Assembly: GCA_963796105.1 (NCBI GenBank)
Contig: CAWCKJ010000002.1
Location: 32,001-96,000, forward strand
Direction: 5' to 3'
Length of the DNA stretch: 64,000 bases
Source: a candidate division FCPU426 bacterium
GTDB taxonomy: Bacteria; Oederibacteriota; Muellerivitia; Muellerivitales; Muellerivitaceae
This document shows positions 31,559 through 42,025 of this stretch, piece after piece; the stretch's first letter is position 1; each line of letters opens with the position of its first letter. The notes under the pieces are model-generated. The model made no database searches, had not been told where the DNA came from, and was given only the letters and a program-made list of their open reading frames with translations. The translations under genes were made by a program, and so were the position numbers.

Positions 31559-31768
31559 TCAGCGGATCGTTGCCGACGCGTGCTTAAGATTTCGGTGGAA
31601 CCTGGGGCCGACGAATTTCTTCTTGGTGTATTCCTTCTTGGGGCCGGTATAGGGCGGGCGTGTGTGGACGCGCTTGGGCTTGGCCGTGGAATTGTCCTGA
31701 GCGAAGCTCATTCCCGTGAATGCCGCCAGGAACATCATGATCATTCCGATGTTGAATATTTTTTTCAT
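31559..31768 (-). CDS. small secreted cationic peptide, paralog 3 (69 aa)
   Basis: GGAGG RBS; signal ..MSFA|QDNSTAKPKRVHTRP, nearly identical core to paralog 1. Confidence 0.8.
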   Translation of the reverse strand: MKKIFNIGMIMMFLAAFTGMSFAQDNSTAKPKRVHTRPPYTGPKKEYTKKKFVGPRFHRNLKHASATIR

Positions 31769-32279
31769 GTTTTCCTCCAAAAAATGATGAACCCAGTTTA
31801 ACCACAGGGACTCATGCCGAACCACTATAAGGCTTAAAATGAAAGTTCGGTATAGCACCGATTTCATTAATTTAATTATGGAAAATCGGCGCAGAGACTC
31901 AGCAACAGCAAAACCCAACACCTCAATTAGCTGGGATTCAGGGGATGCAGGGGGATGGCAAAAGAAGTGATAGGCATAATCTTCAGATCATGACAAGAGC
32001 TTTGCTCTTGCGCCCGATGGGCGTTATGGTCAAGTCTGCGGACCGTGGAAAAATCAATTTTTCCATCGGCCGTCAGCTGGACCATAGAACATGATCAAAA
32101 TGCGCTTTAAATCCCATGTACCCATGTATCCGTGCCGAACATCTATAAAAATATCTTGAGATCAGTACTGTACCAGCCTCCTTCAACTTCTTTATGGTGG
32201 GCTGGCACGTGGCAAAATAACTTTTTGAATTTAACTGTGTCTCTGTGTGGTGCGAAGCACCGCTGTGGTGAATACGTTT

Positions 32280-35200
32280 TTAATGAATTACGGCTATCTT
32301 GCCGCTGAAAGTTTGGCTCCCCGCCTGGATCTTGTAAATATAGAGCCCCGCCGCTATTGGCGCCCCGGACTGGTTTCTTAGGTTCCAAGTCAGCGTATTC
32401 AATCCCGGTTGTCCCAGGAAGCTTACGGAATAAACCAGCTCGCCCGTGAGGTTGTAGAGGTTCAATTGGACCGGCGTGGCTCCTGTGAGCGTGAGGCGGA
32501 ATTGGATGGGCGTCCCGTCCTGGGAAATATTCGGCCAAGCGGCGGCGGAGTTAGAAATGAGGAATGAGGAGTTAGGGGTGGGAGACAAGGTATAAGTAGG
32601 AGTTAGGAGTGGGGAGTTAGGAGTTAATGTCAAAGTCGGGGTGGCTGTGTTGTAAGGTGTCGCGGTGTAAGAGGGCGTAGCTGAAGGCGAAGCGGTGAGG
32701 GACGCCGTAGGCGTCATCGAATCCGTCGAGGTGGGCGTGGAAGTGGATGTGCTTGTGGATGTGGGGGTAGGCGTAAAGGTGCAGGTCGAAGTGGGGGGCG
32801 CTGGGGTGCAGGTGGAAGTGGGTGTTGGGGAAGGGGTAGGGGTGGGTTCCAGCCTGACGCCGAAAACCACGTTCATGATCCTGCCGCCCGTGGGGGCGGA
32901 GGTGAACTCGTCCACTTCCTTGTTCCCGCAGTCCACCACGAACAGGTTCCCAGTGGGGTCGTAGGCCAGACAGCTCGGGTTATAGAAATTCGTGACACCC
33001 GCCCCGTCGATCTCGCCCAGGTAGCCTCCCTGGTTCGCGGCGTAAACAACCCGGTTGTTATCCCAGTCGGTGATGAATAGATTTCCCTGCTTGTCCGTCA
33101 CGATCCCGCCGCTGTAGCTACCGAGAGCTTTGGGCCATCCTGTCCCGTTGAAGGAATTAACGAGGGTATAGGATGAGTTGTATTCGGCGATGGAGACGCC
33201 GGAGTTGTTGAGGTAATAGTCCACGAAGTAGTTGCCGTTCCCGTCGAGGGCCACGTCCTCGCAGTAATTGGTGCTCGAGGCGGGGATGATGTTCGATCCG
33301 CTGTCATCCGCCCAGGCCAGGGACCAGATTCCGTTGTCATCGGCCACCAGCAGGTTCCCATTGGGGTCGATCCTGACGCTGTTGTCCAGCACGCAATTTC
33401 CAAGTCCTGTCCAGGTGTAGTCGTAAACCGCCGAGCTGGCGCCGAGTTTGTAGCCCACCACGCCTGTCCCGTACTCGGGGATGTAAAGCTCGTCGCTGGA
33501 ATCAATGGCCAGGCTTCCGGTGTATCCGCCGGTGGTGGGGATGGTATAGAGCAGGGTCTGCCCGGTGATGTCGTACACGTACACGTTGGAGTCCGCGTCG
33601 CCGTCGTCCACCACGAGGAAACTCACCCCGTCGGAGGCCACGCTCCAGGGGTTGGTGGTGCCAGCCGGGCTGAAAACGTTGGGCACGTAACTGGTGGTCA
33701 GGTTCCAAGAGCCGATGGGGATGGTGGTCTGAGTGGAAGTGACGGTGGGCGTGAAGGAGGATTGCGCTATGGCCGTCTGGGTCTCCTGCGCCTGGTAAGT
33801 GGCGGTGGGGGCGGTGGTTCCGGTCATGTTGGGGGTAGGGGTATTTGTTTTGGTGAGAGTGGGCGTGAGCGTGTTCGTGGGTGTGTTGGTCACGGACGGG
33901 GTGTAGGAATAAGTATAGGTATAGGTAAAGGTATTGGTGTAAGTAGGAGTAGCAGTGGGGGTATTGGTGGGTGTGTTCGTCGGTGTCGCGGTTTTGGTGG
34001 GAGACAAAGTAATAGTGGGGGTGCTAGTTGGGGAAGGCGTCGGGGTGGCCGTCGGGTTGCAGTTGGCCGCGTAAAACTCAACCGCCAAAATGTCTGAAAT
34101 GGAAGCGCCGCTTAAAACGCAGGTCACAGGGTAGCTGTTGATTGCCGTTGCGGTACGGTAGTTTCCCTCGGTGGAAAAGCCGGTATTGGAAAACGACCAT
34201 TCCGGGGTTTCCCCGGTTCCGGTCAAGGTAAAGGTCCTGCTGTTATAGACGTTGAATAATCCCACCACGATGGAGTTTTGCTGGCTTGTGGAAAAGGGCA
34301 TGGATGGATTTGCCGTTGAGGCAAGAACCGTCGAGGCGGAGTTGCCGAGGGGAGCGATTGGGTCCATCCCCGTGAAAACCATGGCGCCGATATCCATGGT
34401 TTGGGCGGCGGAAGCCGTGATCACGATGTTCCGGGACGCGCCGAGACCGGTCATTTGGGAACTGGGCAGGTAAAAGATGAAATTCTCGTGGCCGTTTGCG
34501 GTATCCGTGACACCCAAGGCGGGCACCAGGTTGACATTGTTGTAAGTGGCGGTGTTGATGGTGGCGGTAGTGTTTTTTATGGAGACTTGGACCACCAGGA
34601 GGGGGTTGGTTACTGGGGTGGCGATATTCAAGGCGAGAGTGTAGGTGTTGACGCTCCCGGGGAACGCGCTGGTCACGGTGGAGAAAGCGGATTGGCAGGT
34701 GACATAAGCCGTGTCCGTGGGTGTCTGGGTGGGAGTGGATGTATTCGTGGATGTCGGGGTATTGGTAGGCGTGGAAGTTTTCGTCGGGGTTAGGGTGATG
34801 GTGGGCGTGGCTGTTTTGGTGGGGGTAAGAGTGATGGTGGGCGTGGAGGTATTCGTGGAAGTGATAGTCGGCGTCGAGGTTTTGGTCGGCGTGGGAGTGA
34901 TGGTGGGTGTGTTGGTGATCGTGGGCGTCGAGGTCCAGGACGGCACGAAACCCACGCAGGAGTTGGCGTAAACCTGGTAGCTAAGTGTGCTCGCCGCGCC
35001 AGCTGTCCCGTTGGCCGTGAAGGGGTCCTGCATGCCATTATAGGGCCCGCCCGAGATGCCCTCGGAGTAGCTGGTTCCTGATCCGGTGCAGGCGACCGTG
35101 CCCGTGGTGCCGGTCACGTAAAACGCGAGCCAGTAGCTTCCGGCCGGAAGGGCAGTCGCGGGAACCGGCAGGGTATTCAATCCGGCGGTCACGGCAGTCT

Positions 35201-36293
35201 GCTGGGTTTGCACGAGAAGCCTTCCAGGGGTGTTGCCGGTGACGTTGGCGTAGATCCCCAGGATGGCCGAGACCGGTGCGGTCGCGGCGGTCATGCTGAT
35301 GGCCATGGAAGTGACGGTGGCCCCGTTGGAGAAACTGTAAAGGGAGCCAGCCTGCGTGTTGATCCCATTGGCGCTAGGGGTCGTGCCGGGAACAGCCGGA
35401 CCCGTGGTTTGGACCCAGGTGCAGACGGGAGTGGCTGTGGCGGTGGCGCAAGCCCCGGTGTAGGAGATCCACTGCTGGTTGCTCGACCCGCCGGTGGCGG
35501 CGGTGAATCCGTAATAGACCATGGTCTGGTTCTGGAAGACGCTTCCCACGAGGTCTCGGTTGTAAACCATGGTGCGGGCCGTGCCGCCCGCGTCCACGAT
35601 CGTGAAGGACAAAATCTTGTTCACCGCGTCCCAGGTCACGGTGACTGGATCGACCCCGCCGTTCAGGATCGTGGCGGGGAACACGTAGGGACAGCCGGTG
35701 ACTGAGGCGCTGGGTGTGACGTAGGGGCAGACGGCCGCGGTGGTCACGCCGTTCTCGAAAACTTCCAGTTGCCCCGTTTTGAAGGTTGTGTCGTAAGTGT
35801 TGATGGCGAAAGCCACCGAGGGAGAGACGGGGTTGGTGCCGGAGTAGCCCAGGCAGGCCCCGCAGGGTCCGCCGTTTCCGCTGAGGGCCGAGAGCCCGTT
35901 CTGGTCTTTCTGCAGGACGAAAGCGATCCCGTCGGCTCCACCCGCCGCGCCCAGGCTGGCGTTGTAGGTCTGGGTGAAGCCTTGGCTGAGGTCAATCTGC
36001 GTGGAGTTCCAGCAGGCCCCGCTTTGGCTCGCCACGTTTTGGGTGAGATAGACGGTCGTGCCGATGCTGGTGGCGTCCCCAACCAGGTTCCAATTGGGAC
36101 AGACTTGGGCGGAAGAGAAAGAGGAAGAGAACAAAATAATGAAGAATGAATAATGGGCAATGGACAATAAGGACAAACGACGAAGAAGAACGGGGAATGA
36201 AAGGCAACGGCGAAGAAAAGCAGGGCGATGGAAAACGGACAATCGGGACGATTGGTGACGAGAAAGTTTTTTCCTGCCCGGCGACAAAAACAT
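32280..36293 (-). CDS. secreted surface protein (1337 aa): L-type (legume-like) lectin domain, further beta domains, Thr-Pro linkers, NHL propeller, C-terminal sorting-like domain
   Basis: [31 protein letters not shown] lectin signature; signal FSSA|Q; ends GKIAVIH. Confidence 0.9.
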   Translation of the reverse strand: MFLSPGRKKLSRHQSSRLSVFHRPAFLRRCLSFPVLLRRLSLLSIAHYSFFIILFSSSFSSAQVCPNWNLVGDATSIGTTVYLTQNVASQSGACWNSTQIDLSQGFTQTYNASLGAAGGADGIAFVLQKDQNGLSALSGNGGPCGACLGYSGTNPVSPSVAFAINTYDTTFKTGQLEVFENGVTTAAVCPYVTPSASVTGCPYVFPATILNGGVDPVTVTWDAVNKILSFTIVDAGGTARTMVYNRDLVGSVFQNQTMVYYGFTAATGGSSNQQWISYTGACATATATPVCTWVQTTGPAVPGTTPSANGINTQAGSLYSFSNGATVTSMAISMTAATAPVSAILGIYANVTGNTPGRLLVQTQQTAVTAGLNTLPVPATALPAGSYWLAFYVTGTTGTVACTGSGTSYSEGISGGPYNGMQDPFTANGTAGAASTLSYQVYANSCVGFVPSWTSTPTITNTPTITPTPTKTSTPTITSTNTSTPTITLTPTKTATPTITLTPTKTSTPTNTPTSTNTSTPTQTPTDTAYVTCQSAFSTVTSAFPGSVNTYTLALNIATPVTNPLLVVQVSIKNTTATINTATYNNVNLVPALGVTDTANGHENFIFYLPSSQMTGLGASRNIVITASAAQTMDIGAMVFTGMDPIAPLGNSASTVLASTANPSMPFSTSQQNSIVVGLFNVYNSRTFTLTGTGETPEWSFSNTGFSTEGNYRTATAINSYPVTCVLSGASISDILAVEFYAANCNPTATPTPSPTSTPTITLSPTKTATPTNTPTNTPTATPTYTNTFTYTYTYSYTPSVTNTPTNTLTPTLTKTNTPTPNMTGTTAPTATYQAQETQTAIAQSSFTPTVTSTQTTIPIGSWNLTTSYVPNVFSPAGTTNPWSVASDGVSFLVVDDGDADSNVYVYDITGQTLLYTIPTTGGYTGSLAIDSSDELYIPEYGTGVVGYKLGASSAVYDYTWTGLGNCVLDNSVRIDPNGNLLVADDNGIWSLAWADDSGSNIIPASSTNYCEDVALDGNGNYFVDYYLNNSGVSIAEYNSSYTLVNSFNGTGWPKALGSYSGGIVTDKQGNLFITDWDNNRVVYAANQGGYLGEIDGAGVTNFYNPSCLAYDPTGNLFVVDCGNKEVDEFTSAPTGGRIMNVVFGVRLEPTPTPSPTPTSTCTPAPPTSTCTFTPTPTSTSTSTSTPTSTDSMTPTASLTASPSATPSYTATPYNTATPTLTLTPNSPLLTPTYTLSPTPNSSFLISNSAAAWPNISQDGTPIQFRLTLTGATPVQLNLYNLTGELVYSVSFLGQPGLNTLTWNLRNQSGAPIAAGLYIYKIQAGSQTFSGKIAVIH

Positions 36294-36406
36294 GAATTGC
36301 CCCCCTATAACGGCCGAAAAGACATGTACAATGACGAATCATTACTTTGGAAATGGATAGTTTCTCGGTGGGATCAACGGGCAGGTCTAACCCAACAATT
36401 GTGCAA

Positions 36407-36435
36407 ATTATACAGCGCTATAAAGAATAAGTCAA
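36407..36435 (-). promoter_or_regulatory. sigma70-type promoter for the lectin surface protein gene
   Basis: Minus strand TTGACT-17 bp-TATAAT, close to consensus. Confidence 0.75.
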
Positions 36436-36935
36436 CTCAGTAAAACGAGAAACTAAAGGGTTTTTAAGGTTTTCTTACCATTGTGATTATTGATTAAAGA
36501 CTCGTAAATAGGGGTTTTTGTGGGGAGGTAGAATGGGACTGCTTTCCCGTTAGTAACTTAAAAACAGGGTTCATGTACAAATTAAGAATGATGAATGAGT
36601 GACCCGCCAAGCGACTTTGAGGGAAGGCGGGAAGGGTAGTGGAACAAAGGCTCTCGAGTAATAAGTGCCGCCACTGATTTGATGGTTCTTCTTAAAACAT
36701 CAACGACTGAAATGTTAATTGGTGAATGGCCGGGAATTCCCGGACCGGGAAAACATTCCGGAATTTAGAAAGGAGATGCTTCTTAAACTTTCCTTATAAA
36801 TTTAATTGGAAAAATAACGTCTCTATAAGGAAGTGTTTGGCTTTGAATGAACTGATGGACAAACTTTGATTGTTCATGGATTTTTCCCGGGCGCCTGGTT
36901 TTCAGGGGATTAATTTTACGGTGATGGTTTAAGAT

Positions 36936-37547
36936 TCAGGAAAGATCTTCGGACCTTAAATAACGCTCCAAGGTTTTGGGACTCACATCCATAAATGTGG
37001 CGATCTTCCTTTTTTGCAATTTATTTGGACCCAGGAGTTGTTCCAAAAAAGTCCTCGTGAAAATACGTTTAGCTTGATTCAGATTGGTGTTTTGGTAGTA
37101 AGAACGCTCGATCGTTGAATAGGAGACACTGCCAAAGTTATCAACGCTGGACTCCCTAGACGGCGTACCCGCGAGAAATTCCTTGATCTTTTGCTCCAGC
37201 ACGGATGGTTCCCAAGCGACGCAAAGAACGTCTTGAAAACCCGACTTCAAAGCGGTCAACACATTGCTCAAATCCAGGGCTGAAAACAAGGCCATGCGCT
37301 GGGAGGTGGGCTGGATATGTTCAATCTCCGCGAATAAACCAAAGGCCCATTGCTGATTATGGATAAGATGCCAATCAATCAATAAAAAATCATAGGCGCG
37401 GCTGGTTAACTCATGAATGGCGTCCTTGATGTTATCCGCGGCTTTTGCGTCCCCGTATCGGGAACATACGTTCATGAGTACCGGCCGGAAATAAGCGTCA
37501 TCCTCGAGGATAAAAATATTTTGTTTTTTTGGGCTGATTGGAAGCAT
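36936..37547 (-). CDS. atypical response regulator: REC plus Fis-like HTH
   Basis: ILEDD..LLIDW receiver; C-terminal KIATFMDVSPKTLERYL HTH; paralog at 54113-54724. Confidence 0.75.
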   Translation of the reverse strand: MLPISPKKQNIFILEDDAYFRPVLMNVCSRYGDAKAADNIKDAIHELTSRAYDFLLIDWHLIHNQQWAFGLFAEIEHIQPTSQRMALFSALDLSNVLTALKSGFQDVLCVAWEPSVLEQKIKEFLAGTPSRESSVDNFGSVSYSTIERSYYQNTNLNQAKRIFTRTFLEQLLGPNKLQKRKIATFMDVSPKTLERYLRSEDLS

Positions 37548-38218
37548 GAGCTTCTTTCCTATAAGGATGTCTTTAATTTACCATAAGTGACCGCAACCTT
37601 AATACCAACCATTGGTACTTTTAAACATCGAGAGAACGGCCGACACCAAAATCAATCCCGTTTCAGCTTTTGGATTTCCTGATTCTCCATTAGTCATTCT
37701 ATGGTCCGTTAAGCGGGAAAATATACCCCTGCCTATTTCCCGCGTAAAATAAAGAAGATATCCGGATTTTCCAAGGTGACACTAAGCAAGGAGGGCCGCA
37801 CTTTGGAAGGGGTCAATAGCGTAATTTTGGGCCCCGTCATGGAATACAACCGTGTTAATTATGCAAAGAAAATAGGGTCTGGACGACATACTGCACAATA
37901 TTAGGCTTTTATGGATATTCCTCAGGTATTTCATTGAGTTCTAAAATTAAAAACTGCACAAATTCTGATCTATGCAAGCCCATGTCACGAGTTTAACGTT
38001 CATTGCCTGAAATATTAAAATGAAATAGGGAAACAGGAGTTAAAATAAAGCCTCTCGGGATAATGAACCCTTTCAATGAATGTCTTCATTGGAAATAATA
38101 AGCCCATAGTTTCCTTGGCATGGTTGGAAAGAAATATCTTGAATCTTCCTATCTTCGGTGATGAGTTAAACGACAATGGCTAAAATCTCAGTATCAACAT
38201 TTCCGGAAGGTTGAGCGA

Positions 38219-39631
38219 TTGAAACCCACCATATTAATAGTTGATGACGAGGAAAGCGTCAGGGAATCCCTGAAACTGATCCTGGAAGGGGATTACCACC
38301 TGGTATTCGCCGTGGACGCCAAATCCACCTTGGAGACATTAAAATCAAAGGCTTTTGACCTCTGCCTCCTGGATATCCTCCTGCCCGATGGAACCGGTAC
38401 CGACCTGTTGCGCCAGATCAAGCGCCGGGATGATTCATTGGAAGCCATCATGGTGACAGCCTTGCAAAGCGTGGACACTGCTTTGGAGGCCATGAAACTC
38501 GGGGCCTGCGACTATGTCACCAAGCCGTTTCAAGTGAAGGAACTCCTGGAAAAAATCAAGGCTGCCTTGAGTAAGAGGAACCTTAAAAAAGGTTTCCGGT
38601 TTTTAAAGGACGAGAACGAGCGTTTAATCCCGGCCAGTCTCACCGGAAAAAGCAAGGCCATTCAGGGGGTTCACGCGAGAATCAAGGAATTAGCCCAAAC
38701 CGGCGAGGCGGTCCTGATTAGGGGGGAAGCGGGAACAGGAAAAGCGGATGTTGCCTGGGAAATTCACCGCCAAAGCCCCCGCCAAAAGGGTCCTTTCGTC
38801 ACCATCGCCTGCGGAACCTTGTCCAAGAGCCAATTGAGCCTCGAGTTATACGGCCGGGAGGAGAAGGACGAGATCACCAAGCAGGACCAAATAGGGAAGC
38901 TGGAGTTCGCCGAGCATGGAACCCTTTACTTGGAGGATGTGGACAAGCTTTCCCTGGAGACCCAGGATGAACTGGCGAAAATATTTTTGGAGCGAAAAAT
39001 TCAATGGGGCAAAAAGCAAAAAGCCATATCCCTGGATTTCAGGCTCATCGCCTCCAGCGGGAAGGATTTGATCCCTGAGGTGGATAACCGAAAGTTCAGG
39101 GGCGCTTTTTACCAGTTATTAAGCTCCCAGACACTCCTGGTTCCGTCTTTGAGGGACCGCCGCGAGGACATTCCCGGGTTGATCCGGCATTTCCTGGAGG
39201 CCGCCAACCAAAAAGCCAATACGCCCGTCCAGGGCATTCACCAGGATGCCATCCAACTTTTTATGGAATACGGCTGGCCCGGAAACCTATGGGAATTGGA
39301 AAGCAGCGTCGAAACCATGGTGCTTTTCGCCGGCAAGGAGAACCTGGACGTGGAGGATGTGCCGCTGGCCATCCTGTCTAAAAAGATTGAAACGGCGAAG
39401 GCGAAGGCCCAAACGAAGGTCTCTCTCCGGAAACTCCGCCACCAATTTGAGCGCCAATACATCCGCAAGGTCCTGGAGCGCACCAGGGGAAACCAAACCC
39501 GGACCGCCGCCACCTTGGGCCTCCACCGAAATACCCTCATTTGGAAATTGAAAGAATTGGACCTGGAGGAGGATTACAAAAAAATCGTCAAGAAACGGCG
39601 CGAGGGCGGAGTCGGTTTCAGGGATTTGTGA
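38219..39631 (+). CDS. NtrC/AtoC-family response regulator with degenerate sigma54-interaction domain
   Basis: REC (IVDDE, LLDI, TKPF), GEAGTGK, WPGNLWEL, Fis HTH GNQTRTAATLGLHRNTL; GAFTGA absent. Confidence 0.9.
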   Translation: MKPTILIVDDEESVRESLKLILEGDYHLVFAVDAKSTLETLKSKAFDLCLLDILLPDGTGTDLLRQIKRRDDSLEAIMVTALQSVDTALEAMKLGACDYVTKPFQVKELLEKIKAALSKRNLKKGFRFLKDENERLIPASLTGKSKAIQGVHARIKELAQTGEAVLIRGEAGTGKADVAWEIHRQSPRQKGPFVTIACGTLSKSQLSLELYGREEKDEITKQDQIGKLEFAEHGTLYLEDVDKLSLETQDELAKIFLERKIQWGKKQKAISLDFRLIASSGKDLIPEVDNRKFRGAFYQLLSSQTLLVPSLRDRREDIPGLIRHFLEAANQKANTPVQGIHQDAIQLFMEYGWPGNLWELESSVETMVLFAGKENLDVEDVPLAILSKKIETAKAKAQTKVSLRKLRHQFERQYIRKVLERTRGNQTRTAATLGLHRNTLIWKLKELDLEEDYKKIVKKRREGGVGFRDL

Positions 39632-39892
39632 CGGCTCATTTCCGGGAATCGTTCTTTTCCCGGGCAAAGGACAGGCAAAGAATTTTCCAACCTCCAACAC
39701 CGCGCTTGACCCGGAACCATTAGCTTCTTTCAAGGCCTGTTTAGGGCGCGGGATTTTTCATTAGACGCTTAAAAATGATAGAAGACAAAGCCTGTCAACT
39801 AACCTCGCCAGAGCCTTTTATTTCCAGAAGGAATATTTCCTGCGGTAAAATTCTTTTTTCCCCGAAGTTTGGAATCATCAAGGAGTCATTCG

Positions 39893-41113
39893 ATGAAAAA
39901 GGTCGCTGTCACGGGTCTGGGGGTGATATGCCCTTTGGGGGACAACGCGGCTTCCGCCTGGGACGCCATGCTCCAGGGCCAGGTCGGGACCGGGAGCCTC
40001 CAGTTGATGGATCCCTCCCCCTATCGCGTGAAGATCGGCGGCGAGATCAAGAACCGCGCCCGCATCGAGGCCTTTGAGAAGGAAAACTCCGGCCGGTATG
40101 AAAGGGCCTCGGTCCTGGCCATACTCGCCGTGAGGGAGGCCTTGGACAACGCCGGTTTGAGCCAGACCGGGTTGGAGGACTTCCGGATCGGGAGTTTTTT
40201 CGGCACGACCATGGGGGAGGTCCAGCTGGCCGAGCGGTTATCGGAACTGGTTTCCCAAAACCGCTCGGGGGAAATCAAGGCGGAAAGTTTCCACAAGGTC
40301 CAGGGTTCCAGGATCGCCTTTTCAGTGTTGGAGGACTTGGGAATCGGCGGCCAAACCATGGTTTTTTCCAACGCCTGCGCTTCCGGGAATTACGCCATCG
40401 GCTGGGGTTTCGAGCAGATCCGGCAGGGAAACCTGGACTTGGCCCTTTGCGGGGGCGTTGATCCTTTTTCGCGGATCGCGTTCACCGGTTTCAACCGTCT
40501 CCTCTCCCTGACCCCCGACAAGTGCCGGCCTTTCTCGAAAAACCGCAAGGGTTTGGTCGTGAGCGAGGGGGTGGGAGTACTGGTGTTGGAGGATCTGGAC
40601 CGGGCCTTGGCGAGGGGCGTCCATGTTTATTGCGAGGTCGGCGGCTACGGCCTCGGGATGGACGCGCACCATATGACCTCCCCCCATCCGGAAGGAAACG
40701 GAGCTTATGAGAGCATCTTGAGGGCGTTGGACCAGGCAGGACTCTCACCTGGGGAAGTGGATTACATCTCGGCGCATGGCACAGGCACTCCCGCCAACGA
40801 CAAGACGGAATCCATCGCCATCAAGAAGGTGTTCGGCCCGGATCGCGCGATACCCGTCAGCTCCATCAAGTCCATGATCGGCCACACGATGGGGGCCGCC
40901 AGCGCCATCGAAGCGGCAATGACCTGCCTGTCCCTGGACCGCGGGATGCTTCTTCCCACCATGAACTGGGAAGTCACCGACGGGGACTGCGTCCAGGATT
41001 GCGTGCCCAACCGATCCCGTCCCTTCCAGGGTAAAACCGCGCTCTCCAACTCTTTCGCTTTCGGGGGAAACACCTCCTGCCTGGTCCTGGTAAAAAGGGA
41101 GGCGCGCCCGTGA
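39893..41113 (+). CDS. fabF: beta-ketoacyl-ACP synthase (FabF-like)
   Basis: Cys-His-His triad NACASG, SAHGTGT, GHTMGAA; SNSFAFGG. Confidence 0.92.
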   Translation: MKKVAVTGLGVICPLGDNAASAWDAMLQGQVGTGSLQLMDPSPYRVKIGGEIKNRARIEAFEKENSGRYERASVLAILAVREALDNAGLSQTGLEDFRIGSFFGTTMGEVQLAERLSELVSQNRSGEIKAESFHKVQGSRIAFSVLEDLGIGGQTMVFSNACASGNYAIGWGFEQIRQGNLDLALCGGVDPFSRIAFTGFNRLLSLTPDKCRPFSKNRKGLVVSEGVGVLVLEDLDRALARGVHVYCEVGGYGLGMDAHHMTSPHPEGNGAYESILRALDQAGLSPGEVDYISAHGTGTPANDKTESIAIKKVFGPDRAIPVSSIKSMIGHTMGAASAIEAAMTCLSLDRGMLLPTMNWEVTDGDCVQDCVPNRSRPFQGKTALSNSFAFGGNTSCLVLVKREARP

Positions 41114-42012
41114 AGCCGCTTTTCATCCAACGCAAGGGAGAGGCCATCCTGGGCCGGGGAGGGATCTCTTTAGATAACTTGCCGGTGGAATTCCAAAAGT
41201 TTTATCCAAACGAGTCGCCCAAATACATCGACCCTCTGTCCCTGCTGGCCGCCTTGGCCGCGGGACGGGCCCTGGAAGGGGTTGGGTCCTTGGCTGGGGA
41301 GGAATTCCGGGGGAATTTCGCGGTGGTTCTGGGTAATGGTTTCGGCGCCCTCGAAAGCTCATTGGATTTCGACCGGCAGGCCCTGCTCAAGGGCCCCAAT
41401 ACCGTCAATCCCATGGATTTCCCCAATACCGTGGCCAACGCGGCAGGAAGCAGGATCGGGATCTGGCTCCAACTCAAGGGGCCGAATGTGACCCTCACCA
41501 ACGGGGCGACCTCCTTCATCGACGCGGTCGGGTTCGCTTTTGAGGGGTATAACGCCGGGCTTTTTAAGCGGTGCCTGGCCGGTGCGGTGGAAAAGGTTCC
41601 GGCCTTCCTCAAACCCATGACAGGACAACCGGGAACAAAATCAGAATCCAGGGAAGGGGCATGCTTGTTGCTGGCATCCGAGGATCAGGAAAAGGAAAGT
41701 TTATTCGAGGTGGTTGATTTTTTTTCTGTACAATTGAAACCGGATTTAACCCTTCCCGAATTGTCCCCCGGCCGTTGGGAGGGATTGTGGGAGGGATTGT
41801 CCTGGCTGGGTTATCCGGCGGATACGCCCCTAGAGCCTCTTTTTCCCCGGAAAATCTCCCGGACTTTTCCTGATCCGTCCGTAATGGAACTGGGCTTAAG
41901 CGGTTTGGGGTCCTTGAACGCGTTTCTTGCGGCGCCGCAGCCGCTGGGGATGGTTGGCGCGTATTCCGGTGTTGATAAAAAAGTATCAATGATAAAAATA
42001 AAAAAGAAATAA
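41110..42012 (+). CDS. catalytically inactive ketosynthase N-terminal-like protein (chain-length-factor-like)
   Basis: VNPMDFPNTVANAAGSRIGI..LKGPNVT KS N-terminal motif; Cys position reads NGATSF; His motifs absent. Confidence 0.75.
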   Translation: MKPLFIQRKGEAILGRGGISLDNLPVEFQKFYPNESPKYIDPLSLLAALAAGRALEGVGSLAGEEFRGNFAVVLGNGFGALESSLDFDRQALLKGPNTVNPMDFPNTVANAAGSRIGIWLQLKGPNVTLTNGATSFIDAVGFAFEGYNAGLFKRCLAGAVEKVPAFLKPMTGQPGTKSESREGACLLLASEDQEKESLFEVVDFFSVQLKPDLTLPELSPGRWEGLWEGLSWLGYPADTPLEPLFPRKISRTFPDPSVMELGLSGLGSLNAFLAAPQPLGMVGAYSGVDKKVSMIKIKKK

Positions 42013-42025
42013 GGAGCCTTTAAAA

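Noticed and set aside
22914..32280. Integron cassette array (repeated gene plus hairpin units)
   Set aside because: No integrase and no convincing attC R'/R'' boxes; the units look like paralogous duplications
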